Origin: Eledone cirrhosa
Taxonomy: Eukaryota
Length of the DNA: 64,000 nucleotides
Reading direction: 5' to 3'
Assembly: GCA_964016885.1 (NCBI GenBank)
Contig: OZ024742.1
Span: 43,958,001 to 44,022,000 of the forward strand
A program made the position numbers and the translations under genes. Below are positions 13,403 to 26,179 of this stretch, one piece after another. The notes below the pieces were generated by a model. That model worked only from the letters and a program-made list of their open reading frames with translations, was not told the origin of the DNA and did not search any database. Numbering within the stretch: the stretch's first letter is position 1; every line of letters starts with the position of its first letter.

Positions 13403-14112
13403 TGGTTGAGGAAGTAACTGTAAGGAAATGACAGGAGTGGCCTGTGACAGACATCTAGATTCCTAAAATCAATGGCACCAACAATATATAAATCAAACTT
13501 TTGCCAATAAAGCATATCAATCCATATCAATGAAAATAAAAAAATTCAAAGAAAAAATGTTTAATCTTGCTGCACCCTCTAGATACAAAGGACTCTTAGG
13601 AACTCATACAAGTTCATTGGAGTTTTATAAGCTCCCTCTCTCTCTGTGTCTCTCCTTCTCCCTCCCTCTCTCTGTGTCTCTCCTTCTCCCTCCCTCTCTC
13701 TCCCCTCTCACCAATGTCAGCACCTAATATGACTCCAGTGGGGTGGAGAATTTGGACTACAAAGAAGTGAAACATTTTCTGCAAGGCATCTTGTTTGCCG
13801 CTACTCTATTAACTCCAAACATTTCGAAATGATTTAGCAGAAAATACGTAAAAGCTGGGTGTTAATTCAAATATTTATAGTATCTTTACTAGTGGACATA
13901 TTGTTGTGAAAATTTACACTATTAGAGTAAACACTTCAATATTACAGCAAGTCATAGTGTTTTATATTTTTCAAGAATTACTTACTAATGTCGTTTCATG
14001 TGGTATAGTACGTTAAGAGTTAATCCATATTGACAAGTGAAAGATAAATGGATGTTAAAGAGTAAAGATTAAAATACACATTCAAACTCTTCAATTTTTA
14101 ATACTGTAATAA

Positions 14113-14293
14113 AAGGGTTGGCTGAACAAGATACTCTCATGGAATGACCAAATGAGGTTTATTTTTCAACATAGTCCTTGGAAAGAAACAATGCAAGCTT
14201 TTAATAAGAGTTGAAATTAATGCATGCAAGATTTCACAGCTCTAGCATAAATCCTTCATAGTCAGCCTATGAACCTTTCAACCAACCCTCATA
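14113..14293 (+). mobile_element. Mariner-type MITE (partial)
   Basis: Same body as 55034-55235. Confidence 0.75.
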
Positions 14294-14927
14294 CTTTCAA
14301 ATCATTATCTATTTTATGTCTGTTTTTCCATGGGTTAGATAGGTCCTCTCTACTTGTCTTTTATTTGTCATCTTTTATGTTAGTTTCAGTTTCTTGAGAT
14401 CAGCCTTCATCACCTTTACCTATGTATGTCTTCCAGCAAAGTCTTGAATTATATATGTTAGTATTATAGAGATCATATTATTTTGTGCTATTTATCATCA
14501 GTAGTGAAATTTGTGCTCTATAAGGTTGTAAGGTCATAGAACAATATACAAATGTCTGATGGTACCACAGAGTTTCTATGTGCTTAGCAGATCTGCTATA
14601 AATAGCAAGCAAATTGTCCTTAACCATTTTGATACCAACCAGTATCTTTTAAAGTGTTTCTATTTATCTAAAAACCTTTCATACAGCAAAAAAAAAATAA
14701 TCTCTTACTACTAGTTTCCAATTTTCAGTGAAAATTTTGAAATTTAAAACTGGTGTTAATGAATCATTTTCGCATTGATTGGGATTTCACTGAAATATAA
14801 TATTGTAATGTTATCACGACAAACAGGAAGCTTCTCTATGTGGTGGCTGAACCTGTTAGAAATAGTAGCAGAATGTTTCAAAGTATACTCTTGTCTTTAA
14901 AAAATGGCATACTTCAGACTATGTAAT

Positions 14928-14929
<2 letters not shown>

Positions 14930-14985
<56 letters not shown>
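14930..14985. repeat. (TA)n microsatellite
   Basis: Direct inspection. Confidence 0.95.
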
Positions 14986-14988
<3 letters not shown>

Positions 14989-16073
14989 ATAATCTGTTAT
15001 TTTAATAAATATATATATATATATATATATTTAATGCAATTGTTTAAGCAGAGCAACAATAGCATCAATCTCACCAGTTATGAAAGACCTTTGAAGGCCA
15101 CAGGCACAGCCCCTTCATAAAATATGCATTCCTAGTTCAGTACATGACTCTCATATAAGGTTTTATAAGCCTTGTACACAAATCACATGCTGGTTTTTAT
15201 GTGTATCTTTTTCATTTATACAAATATACATGGTATATATATCTTGATGCATATTATTATATATATTAATGAGATTACTCTGTTGCTATTTAGTTTCATG
15301 CTGATCATGCAACTAAAGGCAAACTTACAAAGCACAATGTATATAGCAAATATTATGGGTGTAGGCACTCTGTATATACAAAGGTATAAATCTTCAAAAT
15401 CTATCTTACTCAAGCTACTATTGAAAAAGCAACTGATGCAAAGTAGTAAGATAGGAAGAAGAAAAGTAAATAATAAAAGATTAAGTGATGGCACATGAAT
15501 GACTGAATTGAAAAAATTGACCCAATTTTTTTTATTTTTTTTTTAACAGGGGTGAAGGAAGTGGGTTTCATGGCAAGGGAAAGGGGTGATGGCCTAAAAA
15601 AAAAAACCAAAATAAATACAAAAAAAAAATGGTAGTTCTTCCTGGAAGCTTCTAATTCTTCATCATAGTAAAAATCAATTTTTCTGCCTCTCACCTCCAC
15701 GTTTCTCTCTTTCACTCCCAAATGGAACAATTTCTAAAGTAGCAAATGAGAAAAAAAAAAAAATAATTCTAGTCGATATCATTGTTACCCAATCCATCAG
15801 ATTTTAAGGGGAAGCTGGAGCTGTGATTGTGATGGGGATGTTGGGGAGTGTTCTGTATGATGCTGATGATCATGATGATGATATAAAAGACTAGTAGAAA
15901 AGTAGAATCAATAATACAAGAAAAAAGTGGTGGGGATTGGTAGGATGGAGGAGAAAACGCTCACACAACTCTCATACACACACAGCAGTATACATGTAGG
16001 AGTTCCAAATCTTTTAAATTACCTTCAAAGATGTTTTAGTAGGAATTACTGAATTTGGCAGGTGTTTTTTGTT

Positions 16074-16324
16074 TTAACCCTTTCGTTACCATGTTTCTAA
16101 TGAAAGACACTGCCTATGGTTTTTCAATCACTTCAAAAATAACCAATTTGAAGAGATTTAGTAATATAACTTATTATTAAGCTGGTGTTTGGAACATAAT
16201 AACTTTAAAATGGATTTTACAGAGAATTGCAATAAGTTTTTAGATAAATTATAAACGCTAAAATAAACAGTTTCATATCATAAAACCAAAGCAATTTTAT
16301 ACAGTATGTTATCAAAAGGGTTAA
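16074..16324 (+). mobile_element. Full-length M2 MITE
   Basis: TTAA-ccctttcgttac ... gttatcaaaaggg-TTAA. Related pieces near 1940-2280, 16370-16540, 20530-20680, 26092-26526, 31600-31815, 33811-34540, 35247-35450, 43277-43495, 59410-59680 and 61180-61600. Confidence 0.75.
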
Positions 16325-17036
16325 ATTATTATTCTTTTGGCAGTTTTTAAACAACAAAAATTTGTGAACGCTTTTGTTACCAAAACCACCTGAAACCACC
16401 TTTGATTTTACAATACAAAACTGCTTATTTTATGTAAGAACCTTTAAGTTACATTCCAAACACCAGCTAAATAATAAGAAAGCTAATTATATTGCTAAAT
16501 CCTTCCAAATTCATGATTATTTTGAAAATTATTTCATGAGAAATATGGTAATGATTATTATTTTTTTTTTTTTCCTCAAGATCTTTTATATTTCTTTCTC
16601 CTCAATCTGTCTTAAGTCCCATGTGTGTTTCCAGCCAGTGTTTTACAAGTTCTAAGTCTGAATTAGAAAAACAGAAAGGTGTGGGAGGGTGGGGTGGGAT
16701 AGCTTGGTGAAGGATTTGAGTTTTCCTTAAGAATTTAGAAATAAATCAATATTTTAGATTGAATGATAAAAAAAAAATGTTTTCTAGTGTTTTTGTTTAA
16801 ATTTTTATCAATCTATGAGGAATATATATTTTTTTTCTGTTCTTAAATGTCCTTTTATACTGACAACCTGTTTGAATGAGGAGTGGAACCCATTAACAAC
16901 CAAGCAGGTGGAGGCAATCAGTCATGTATGCATGGCACACTAACAACTTACTCTGATTCTGTGATTCAAAGCTGCTTATTATAAAAAGTTTGTTTATCCT
17001 AAAACCTTCCATCATAATTTTAAGTAAGAACCCTTG

Positions 17037-17251
17037 TTAACCCTTTAGCATTTAAACTGGCTGCATCTGGCCAGAATTCTCTCATCTCTTTCTGTTCAAA
17101 CCAGCTGTAACTGGCCACTCATACTGATATTAAGGTATTGTTCTAAAATAAATAATATCAAAATCTCATAGATTCGATATTATGTGAGGTTAATCTTTTT
17201 CCACGAAAATCTAATAGTATATATTGAGTAATGTCAATGCTAAAGGGTTAA
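17037..17251 (+). mobile_element. M1 MITE
   Basis: TTAA-ccctttagcatt ... aatgctaaaggg-TTAA. Confidence 0.88.
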
Positions 17252-17581
17252 ATAATGCTCAACACATCAGCTTAAGGATTTCTGATTTAGGCACAAGGCC
17301 AATAATTTGTGCAGAGAGAAATATCAATTACATTGATCCCCTATACCAGCTTAGTAATGAGTTATATTACTAAATTTCTTCAAATTTTTTATTATTTTCA
17401 AAATGATTTGAAAATAATAAGTTCATCATCATCGTTTAACATCCATTTTCCACACTAGCTTTTATTAGAAATATGGTATCAAAAATATTCTTTTGTGCAA
17501 ATGTTGGACATATTCACATTTTAAAAACAATCGTGCATATAGATAGGTCTTTGTCCACTTCCTTACCACTAATGTGTGTAC

Positions 17582-17920
17582 CATCATCATCATCATTTTA
17601 CGTCCGCTTTTTCCCTGCTTGCAAGGGTGGGACAGGAACTGATTCTGGCTTGATTTCTACAGCTGGATGCTCTTCCTAACACCAACCTCATTTACAGTGA
17701 GTGCTGAGTGCTTTTTTGCCGTGGCACCTCCACGACCACTTTGCAGGGGAATGATATGAACCGCAGTCCCTATCATCTCATTTCTACAGCTGAGTAAACT
17801 GGAGCAATGTGAAATAAAGTGTCTTGCTCAAGGAAACAACACATCACCTGGTCTGAGAATTGAACTCACAACCTTTCGATTGCAAGGCCAATTCTCTAAC
17901 CACTAAGCCATATGCTACCA
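17582..17920 (-). mobile_element. tRNA-derived SINE with RTE-type tail (family S1)
   Basis: Reverse complement of 53538-53879. Confidence 0.88.
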
Positions 17921-17929
17921 TAAAATAAA

Positions 17930-18062
17930 AATGAAAATTATTGTATACAGTGCTCAGGTGTACTACAACTCATCAAAGGTGCATGTATAGTACATAGAAT
18001 AATGTAAAAATGTCAGGAAAGTGAAGTGTATGAGTCATGATATACACACAGATACATGTGTA
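17930..18062 (-). mobile_element. CR1 3'UTR stub
   Basis: Matches 51370-51500 (tgtacagtgctcaggtgcactacaactcatc). Confidence 0.8.
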
Positions 18063-18505
18063 CATAAATACAAACAGAACCTGTTGTCAGCTTAGCATGT
18101 GAAGAAAATCAGTTATATATAGCTGCAGAATATATTAGCTGTAGAAGTAAGGGTTGAACTTATAATATAATACCCTAACAGCATAAACACATTGTGTATC
18201 TCATTAATAAAAGCTAAGTATAAAGCTACATAACATAGTAAGGATGGTGCCATGATAAAGTACACTCAGTACACTGTAAAGTGGTGGGTGTTTAGGAAGG
18301 GCATCAACCGTAGAAAGTATACCCAAGTAGGGAATGTATGAGCAAAGAATGATACCCGAACTGTTTTGTCTCAGACAGTGATGACTCGTCCAACCCATGA
18401 CAGCATGAAAAGTAGATGTAAAAATTATGATACACTTTATGTCAAATTGTGGTTCTTCCAATTGACTGCAAGTGGAAATCAGATAACACTAACCTGTAAA
18501 CAGAT

Positions 18506-18721
18506 TTAACCCTTTAATGTTCAAACCGGCCAGAATTCTCTACCTTTTTCTGCTGAAACTGGCTGTAACTGGTCACTCAAACTGATGTTAAGGTATTGTT
18601 ATCAAAATAAATACTTTCAAAATCTCAGATTCGATATTATGTGAGATAATTATGCGAGATAAAGCCTTTACCATGAAAATATAATAGTATATATAGAGTA
18701 ATGAGAATGCTAAAGGGTTAA
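18506..18721 (+). mobile_element. M1 MITE
   Basis: TIRs and TTAA flanks. Confidence 0.85.
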
Positions 18722-19034
18722 TATAGGCTTAATCTTTGCAAATGTTTTTCACATAAATAGTTGGTGCCAAATACTGAAACCTACCCCAGAACAAAGGACT
18801 TTAAAGAAGTGTATCTTTAATATTCTTTTAGCTGATCATCTTTGATCAAGAAATCCTTGTTTCCATTGCTGATACTCTCTGCCAGTTGCTACTCCTGGCA
18901 GGAGGAGGTGGGATGTGAACTTGGAGAGCATAGTGAAATCATGTTCAACTTTTTAACAAATCTACTAATCCTCTGACTGGTACTTATTAACCTCGAAAGG
19001 GTGAAAGTCATTTGACAGTAGGTCATTTTATTAT

Positions 19035-19365
19035 ATAGGCAGCAAAATAGCAGTCGTTAGAATGTCAGATAGAATACTTTGTGATATTCATTCCAGCTTT
19101 CTGCTGTCCAAGTTGAAATTTTGCTGAGGTCAACTTTACCTTTCATCCTTTCAAGATCAGTAAAAAGAATGTACCAGTTTAGTACTGGGGTCAATTCTTC
19201 CTATGTATCTCTCTCACTTTCTATCCTTCTCTATAAGAAATCTGCTTTATTCAAACCTGGAGAGTGATGGGCTCCACTGGGCTTCAAATGCTTAGATACG
19301 CTATTACGGTGGCCCTACGACTCCCTCAGGAATTACAGGATCATGCATACAGTGAGGTCAGGGCT
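19035..19365 (+). mobile_element. SINE family S2 variant with an alternative 3' tail
   Basis: gaggtcaactttacctttcatccttt...gtaccagt core followed by a tail also found at 42360-42490. Confidence 0.6.
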
Positions 19366-20687
19366 GGTGCCTACATGTAGTACAGAAGTTGGCAAAAATC
19401 CTTTTCTTTTAGGCAAGTTATATTAGAAAATATTGTCTTCTAGGCCAAAGCAAATAAAAAAAAAATTGAAACCTTGATCATACAAGACTTAAAAAGTGTT
19501 TTGTTGTTGTTTTATTGTAAGTAAATGTTTTTCTGTATCATCTACTACATGGTACCTGTTTACAACTTGGTGAACTATGCCATCACATAGTATCTGTGTC
19601 CAACTTGGTGAACTAACCCAATTCTGTGTCATGACACTACTCATAGCCAGTGGCAAAAGAGTGGGATGTGGGTGGGTGGGTTTGACTTATCTTCCCCATA
19701 CTTTGATTTCTAGTCAAACAACTTAATCAAAGCCACCATGTATCTTCTTCATACCCCCCCTCCCCGCCTTTTTCCATCACCACCAACACCATTACTATTT
19801 TCTATTACCACCATAACTGCCACTACCGCCATCATCACCTACCACTACTGCCATCACCAACATCACAACCACCATCATAACTACCACTGCCACCGTTACA
19901 ACTTTGTAACCTCACCACCCACCACCACCACCAGAAATGTGAATGTTTTGTCACATTAGTATGGTGGTATATTAGTATATAACTACTAGAGGTAGTTGAG
20001 GAGGGTGTATAGTTAGGTGGATATATGTCTATAAATGTCAATAAGAGCGACAGTCTGACAGTATAGTCTCAAGTTGTGGAATATTAAGTCTGTGGCACTC
20101 AATTTACTACAGGCTGTTGTTGTTTTCATTTCAAATAGAAACCACACCTTTTTTGCCTTTAGGGTGGGAGTTATATATATCTATATCTGTCTGTCTGTCT
20201 GCTTGTTTGTGTGCCAGTCTGTGCGTGTATAGTTTGCCCATCTTTGTGTGTGTATGTATGTGTGTAAAGTCTGTCCATAAGTGTATCTGTGTGTATGTCT
20301 ATCTATCTGTGTGAGGCTCTCTGCCAGTATGTATATTGTAATGTTAGAAAAAAAACTCATTAACTCTTGGCCTTTTAAACCCAGTCAATGTCCTCTACTT
20401 GGTGATGGTGGTGGGGAAATATGACAACTATAAATGGACTCACTATATTGGTTAGTTGACAACTCTCACTTGAAGTATCACAACCCAACATAAACAACCT
20501 TCTATACTACCAGGCCGAGACTGCTATTTAACCTTTTTGATGGCAACCTGGCCAAAACCATTCCTAATTCTATGAAACAAAACCACCCATTTTAAAGGGT
20601 CTTTAATAAGGACCATTTGTTATGTTATAAATATTATCTTAGTAATGTAATAATTAATAATTTTCATAAATCCTTTTAACAACCTCA

Positions 20688-21485
20688 TAAGGATGAAAGG
20701 CAAAGCTAATCTCAGTGGGATTTGAACTCAGAACATAAACAGCTGTAACTATATACCACAAAGCATGCCCAACATTTTACCAATACTGCCACCATTCCTA
20801 ATAGTAATAATAATGGTTTCTTATATAGGCAGAAGGCCAGCAATTTTGGGGAATGTGAAAGTCGATTAAATTGATTTCAGTACATTACTGGTACTTTATT
20901 GACCTTATAAGGATAAGTAAAGCCAACCTCAGTGGGATTTGAACTCAGAACGTAAAGAGCTGTAACTATATGCCACAAAGCATATTGTCTGACACTCTAC
21001 CGACACTACCAAATAATAATGATTTCTAATTTAGGCACATGGCCAGCAATTTATGGGAAGGGAAAGCCAATTATACCAACCACAATATTTTACTGGTATT
21101 ATATTCTAGTGACCTCAGATGGATGAAAGGCCAAGTTGGCCTTGGCAGGAGTTGATCACAGAATGTAAAGAATTGGTTCAAATACTGCAAAACATTTATT
21201 TTGTCTGTTCGTCTGATTCTGTCAATCCAGTGCCATGAATAATAATAATGATTTCTTCTATAGGCACAAGGCCAGCAATTTGGTGGGGAGGGGAAAGTCA
21301 ATTAAATTGACCCCACTGCATTACTGGTACTTTATTTTATCAACCCTGTAAAGATGAAAGGCAAAGCTAACCTCGGGATTTGAACTCAGAATATAATGGC
21401 CTATAGCTGCAAAGCATGGTGTCTGATGCTCTACTGATACTGCCAATCCACTGCCCATGAATAATAATAATAATTTTCCATTTGT
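20688..21485 (-). mobile_element. Head-to-tail array of four S2 SINEs
   Basis: ~210-bp period of ggatgaaagg..aa...cctc...gatttgaactcagaa, separated by (AAT)n tails. Confidence 0.85.
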
Positions 21486-22658
21486 TTTTCTATGCTGTCT
21501 TGGGTTTGACATGTCAATACAGACCAAGTTAGTACTTAAACACAGGTATTATCCTCTTAGACAGGTGTAAGAACCACACCTTGCTCAGATATATTCCATT
21601 TTGGCATGGTTTCTATGGCTGGGTGCATAATAGTAATAATAATAATTTCTGACATTGGCACACAGCCATGAATTGTGTAGGAGGAAACAGTTTGATGAAA
21701 TCAACCTTCTCATGCCAACTTATTGGAAACCAAATAGTAAAATATTTATAAATAACTAGGTCTTATATTGTAAAAAGATATTCACTGAGTGGTCTTATAA
21801 AGTATTATAACACTTTTTTTTTTTTTTTATACAAAAATTGTTTAGTGCTGAAGAGATAAATTTCATATAAAGAGTGGTGTGCTCATGCACAGAGATGCTA
21901 TAAAATAGGATGAAGAGCCTTAAAGATGGATAAAGAAGTTGCCATTGTCTGCTACGAGGAAATGAACCTCATATCTCCAGATAACAGCTAGGTGTTTTGA
22001 TAGCAGCTAATGGCAACTTCGTTTTCCGGTTTTTTATAAGCTGTTTTTATAGCATCTCCACATATAATTACATCATTCTTTATATCAATTTTTTTTTTAA
22101 ACATTGTCCTATTTTGTATTCATTTATGGTGTTACTACAGACTCTTATTAATTTCTTTCCAAATGTCATAAAACTAAAATAAAAATGACATATCAATATC
22201 ATAAAATAAATAAATAAATCCTGCATCAGTAATGGTCAAATATAATCATTGTTGCTTGGTTTATAATCCTTGGTTGTTGAACATGTCATATGTGGCCCCT
22301 TCACTTTAGATATGCTCAGTGTTTCACCCCACCCCCCTCTCTCTCTCTCTCCATATCTCTCTCTCTCTCTCTCCATCTTTCTCTCTCTCTCTCACTCACT
22401 CCATCTCTCTCTCTCCATCTCTCTCTCTCTCTCATATATATATATACAGGTAAAATTCCATTATAAGAATCTTCCGTTACAACAGAATTTTTTCCGTTAT
22501 AACAGAATTTCAGACTGGTCATGGTTGGAATGTCTTTGATAATAGGTCTACTCAATCAAGATCGACCTGGGGTTAACCAGCAACAAAAATATTTAATTTT
22601 ATTGCATGATTTTCCTGTAGTTCTGGATTTTGAAATGTCTTTTTTTTTTATTTTTCAG

Positions 22659-22880
22659 ATTGCTCAATGGAGTAAACTGTGGCGTCTGATTCAGGGCAGT
22701 GACTGTGACACATGTCGAGACTTAGGCGTTGATTTGGCACCCAGTGCTGCCTCCTCTCAGCTAGATCAAGAGCTTGATCACAGGGTGAAGCGTTTCCTGA
22801 TGGAACGTCATATACTTCGTATCCATCTTCCCAATGGAGGATTCAGTATGGTAAAATATGGGGACGCAACAGATATTAAG
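22659..22880 (+). CDS. PTK2: FAK exon A (N-terminal extension plus start of FERM F1: ...MERHILRIHLPNGGFSMVKYGDATDIK)
   Basis: Polypyrimidine tract + AG ending 22658, GT at 22881. MER...GDATD matches FAK MERVLKV...HGDATDV. Ends phase 0. The start may be ATG 22800 or an unseen upstream exon. Confidence 0.88.
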
Positions 22881-23260
22881 GTAATATATATTCCACTCTT
22901 CTCCCCTTCCCTCTTTTAAGTTGAAATTAAATCTGTGAATCACTCTGTAAAGTTGTAAAGTGATTGATGATAGGAAGGACTCTTAAGCTATGCCAAAGAC
23001 ATAACTTCCTTAGTGTTGGTGCCATGATAACATGATAAAATGCACTTTGTAGGATCATATTAAAGTGGAAGCTGTTGAACATTCCATGGACACGTGTATC
23101 GTTAATGCAATTCTCAGTGTGTCACAGTATGTGACAAGGTTAACTCTTTGAATTAGCAGTATAACTCGGTTTCCTTGGACACACGTATCCTTAATGCAAT
23201 TCTCAGGGAGATTCAGTGTGACACAGTATGTGACAAGGCTAACTCATTGAATTAGTAGTA

Positions 23261-23723
23261 CTAGCAGAAAAACCACACTATGGGTGCTTTTCTGCTAGCA
23301 TGTGTAATGTGCATATTGATATTATACGCAAGTAGATATGATACATCAAATAAAATTGTAATTGACAATATACACAGAAATTGAACGAAGATTGCGTTAT
23401 GTAATCAGTAGCGTAATCCATGATACATTTAAAAAAGACATTATATATAAACTGCATTAGGTGAAAATTAGTGATGGAAATATACGAATGTTTACTTAAG
23501 TGATCACTAACCGGAAGTGTTGACATTTGAAAATTTTAAAGAAGTGAATCTTAAAATAAGCAACAAAATTATTTTTATTTAATCAAGAATACCGAAATTT
23601 AGTAGATAAATTATGTAATATTCATTCATTATTTATTCAAAGTAATCCAACTTATTTTACAAATGGGATAAAAAAATATATTCTGGATGTAGTCCCGCAC
23701 TCCTTACTTTATTATAGTTTAGA
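23261..23723 (-). mobile_element. Non-autonomous Helitron
   Basis: On the minus strand: 5' TC, subterminal hairpin, 3' CTAG, inserted between A and T with no TSD, inside a SINE (23065-23850). Second copy at 49905-50372. Confidence 0.85.
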
Positions 23724-24158
23724 TAACTCAGTCTCCCCAGCTGAATGGACTGAGGCAATGTGAAATAAAGTATCTTGCTCAAGGATACAACACACTGCTC
23801 CGAATCAATCTCACAGCCTTGTGATCATTAGCCTAACCACTAAGTCATTATAAAACATTTAGTTACAGATTATAGTAGTATTATTTTGACAACTATAAGC
23901 AATGAACTGGCAGTTGTTAAAGCATATGACCTAATGCCTTGCTGTGGTATGTTCCAGCTCTCTGTGCTCTGAGTTTAAATCCTGCCAAGGTCAACAATGC
24001 CTTGCATTTGAGAAAGGGAGTGGAGTTGATAAAATAAAATACCAGTGCAAAGTGGTAGATTGGTGGAATTGTTTAAGCAAATACAAAATGTTTTGCAGTG
24101 TTGTTCTAGTTCTCTGTATTCTGAGTTCTTGAGTGGTAGACTTAGCCTGTTGCCTAGT

Positions 24159-24385
24159 TTAACCCTTTAGCATTTACATTACTCTATATTTACTATTGTA
24201 TTTTCACGGTAAAGGCTTTACCTCACATAATTATCTCACACAATATTGAATCTGAGATTTTGATATTATTTATTTTGAGAACAAAACCTTAACATAAGTA
24301 TGATCAGCCGGTTATGGCCAGTTTGAACAGAAAGAGGCGAGATAATTCTAGCTGGATACAGCCGGTTTAAATGCTAAAAGGTTAA
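24159..24385 (-). mobile_element. M1 MITE (reverse orientation)
   Basis: TIRs and TTAA flanks. Confidence 0.88.
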
Positions 24386-24594
24386 CACCAAAATCATCAC
24401 CACCACCACCCTGTTCCTTGGGTGCTTGTAGCAGACTTCATTTTGTTAGAAATATTTCAGCTTGGTCTTTAATTTGAAGATATCTTTTTCCCTCTCACTA
24501 ATCCTTCTTTCTGGTTCTTCCTTCCTCCATATCTCTTTCATTCCTTTCTCCTTTGCTTCACCATCTATTCTATTTCTTGGCCTTCCCTCCTTAG

Positions 24595-24814
24595 TTAATC
24601 CTTTAGCATTTAAACCAGCCATACCTGGCCAGAATTTTCTCACTTTTGTTCAAACCAGCCGTAACTGGCCACTTATACTGATGTTAAGGTATTGTTCTCA
24701 AAATAAATATCAAAATCTCATAGATTCAAAATTATGAGATAATTATATGAGGTAAAGCCTTTACCATGAAAATACAATTGTAAATATAGAGTAATGTAAA
24801 TGCTAAAGGGTTAA
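24595..24814 (+). mobile_element. M1 MITE
   Basis: TIRs and TTAA flanks. Confidence 0.88.
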
Positions 24815-25075
24815 AAAACATATATCACATCATAGACTATATCTAATGTTGCTGAGAAAAAGGTTGGGTTGACCCCCTCCTTCATCAGACCCAGTGTACC
24901 TGAGTTATGTCTCTATAATATAGACACAGATACCTTTCTAGTGTTGATACCATGATAAAACGCACCCAGTACCCTCTGTAAAGTGGTAATGCCAGTATCA
25001 CAATAAAATGCACTCAGTACATTCTGCAAAGTATATAGTGTGCCAAAGGGAAGTCGTTAAGTCATAGAAGCCATG

Positions 25076-25286
25076 TTAATCCTTTAGCATTTAAACCTGC
25101 TGTATCCGGCCAGAATTCTCTCAGCTCTTTCTGTTCAAACCTGCTGTAACCAGCCACTCATACTGATGTTAAGGTATTGTTCTCAACATAAATAATATTA
25201 AAATCTCATAGATTTGATATTATGTGAGGTAAAGCCTTTACTATGAAAATATAATAGTATATATAGTGTAAATGCTAAAGGATTAA
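25076..25286 (+). mobile_element. M1 MITE
   Basis: TIRs and TTAA flanks. Confidence 0.86.
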
Positions 25287-26179
25287 AAAAGGATAAAGAA
25301 GATTCTTTAATCCCGTCAAAGAAAAAAATAACCTCTCTAGTGTTGGTACCATGATAAAATAGAACGTATCTGAGTATCTAGGAGTAATTATTTTGGTTTG
25401 TAATTACCGATCCAATGATGATAGTAATCTGATTGTGGTAATAGTTTGATAAATTGTGACAGATGTTAACTATACATTACACAACAAGTGTTTTAAGGTC
25501 TGCATGACAAGCTTATCCAGTTTGCCCTATTTTCTGCATTTTCACCAATCCTCTGGCTTTCGTTTCTTACACTGTTTTTAACCATGTATTTCTTGGTATT
25601 CCTCTACTTCCTTCCATATTTATTTTCATCACTCCACTCACTCAGTCATCTTCATGCTTCTTCAATACATGACTCAACCATTTCATTCCATTTACCACTA
25701 GCTCTATCCCTGTCACTCCTATCACCTATTAAATTTCATTCTTCCTCAAAACATGACACAACTATCTTATTCCATTTCTCCACATTTATAACTGGCTCTG
25801 TTTCCATCATCCTCTACAATTCATTGTTTGACTTCCTCTTTCTGAACACTTCTCCACTCATCTATTAGTATGACATAAACTGTTGTATTTATATATTTAA
25901 TTTTACTGTGGAGGCTCTTTGGAGTTTAGGATGAAGTCTCTATAAACTCTAAGCAGGTCTCTTATATCCAACGTCAGAAGCAACGTCAGAATGTCTGGAA
26001 TATTCCAGTGGATAGTGTAATCCTAGATAGAGAATATCTAGAATGAAAGACAAAGTGGTCATTACCAGAATATCTGCTATATCTGGGGTAATTAACCCTT
26101 TTGAACTGCCTGAAACTGCCCCTGGTTCATACTAAATAGTTTTATGTAAGACCCTTTAAGTTATACTCCAAACACAAGC

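Noticed and set aside
15526-15600. Possible upstream FAK exon after (T)n-aacag at 15549
   Set aside because: Acceptor-like, but no convincing donor, homology or frame evidence.
22521-22658. ORF-track 5' extension of exon A (and read-through to 22919)
   Set aside because: Intronic: lies outside the strong acceptor at 22658 and donor at 22881.
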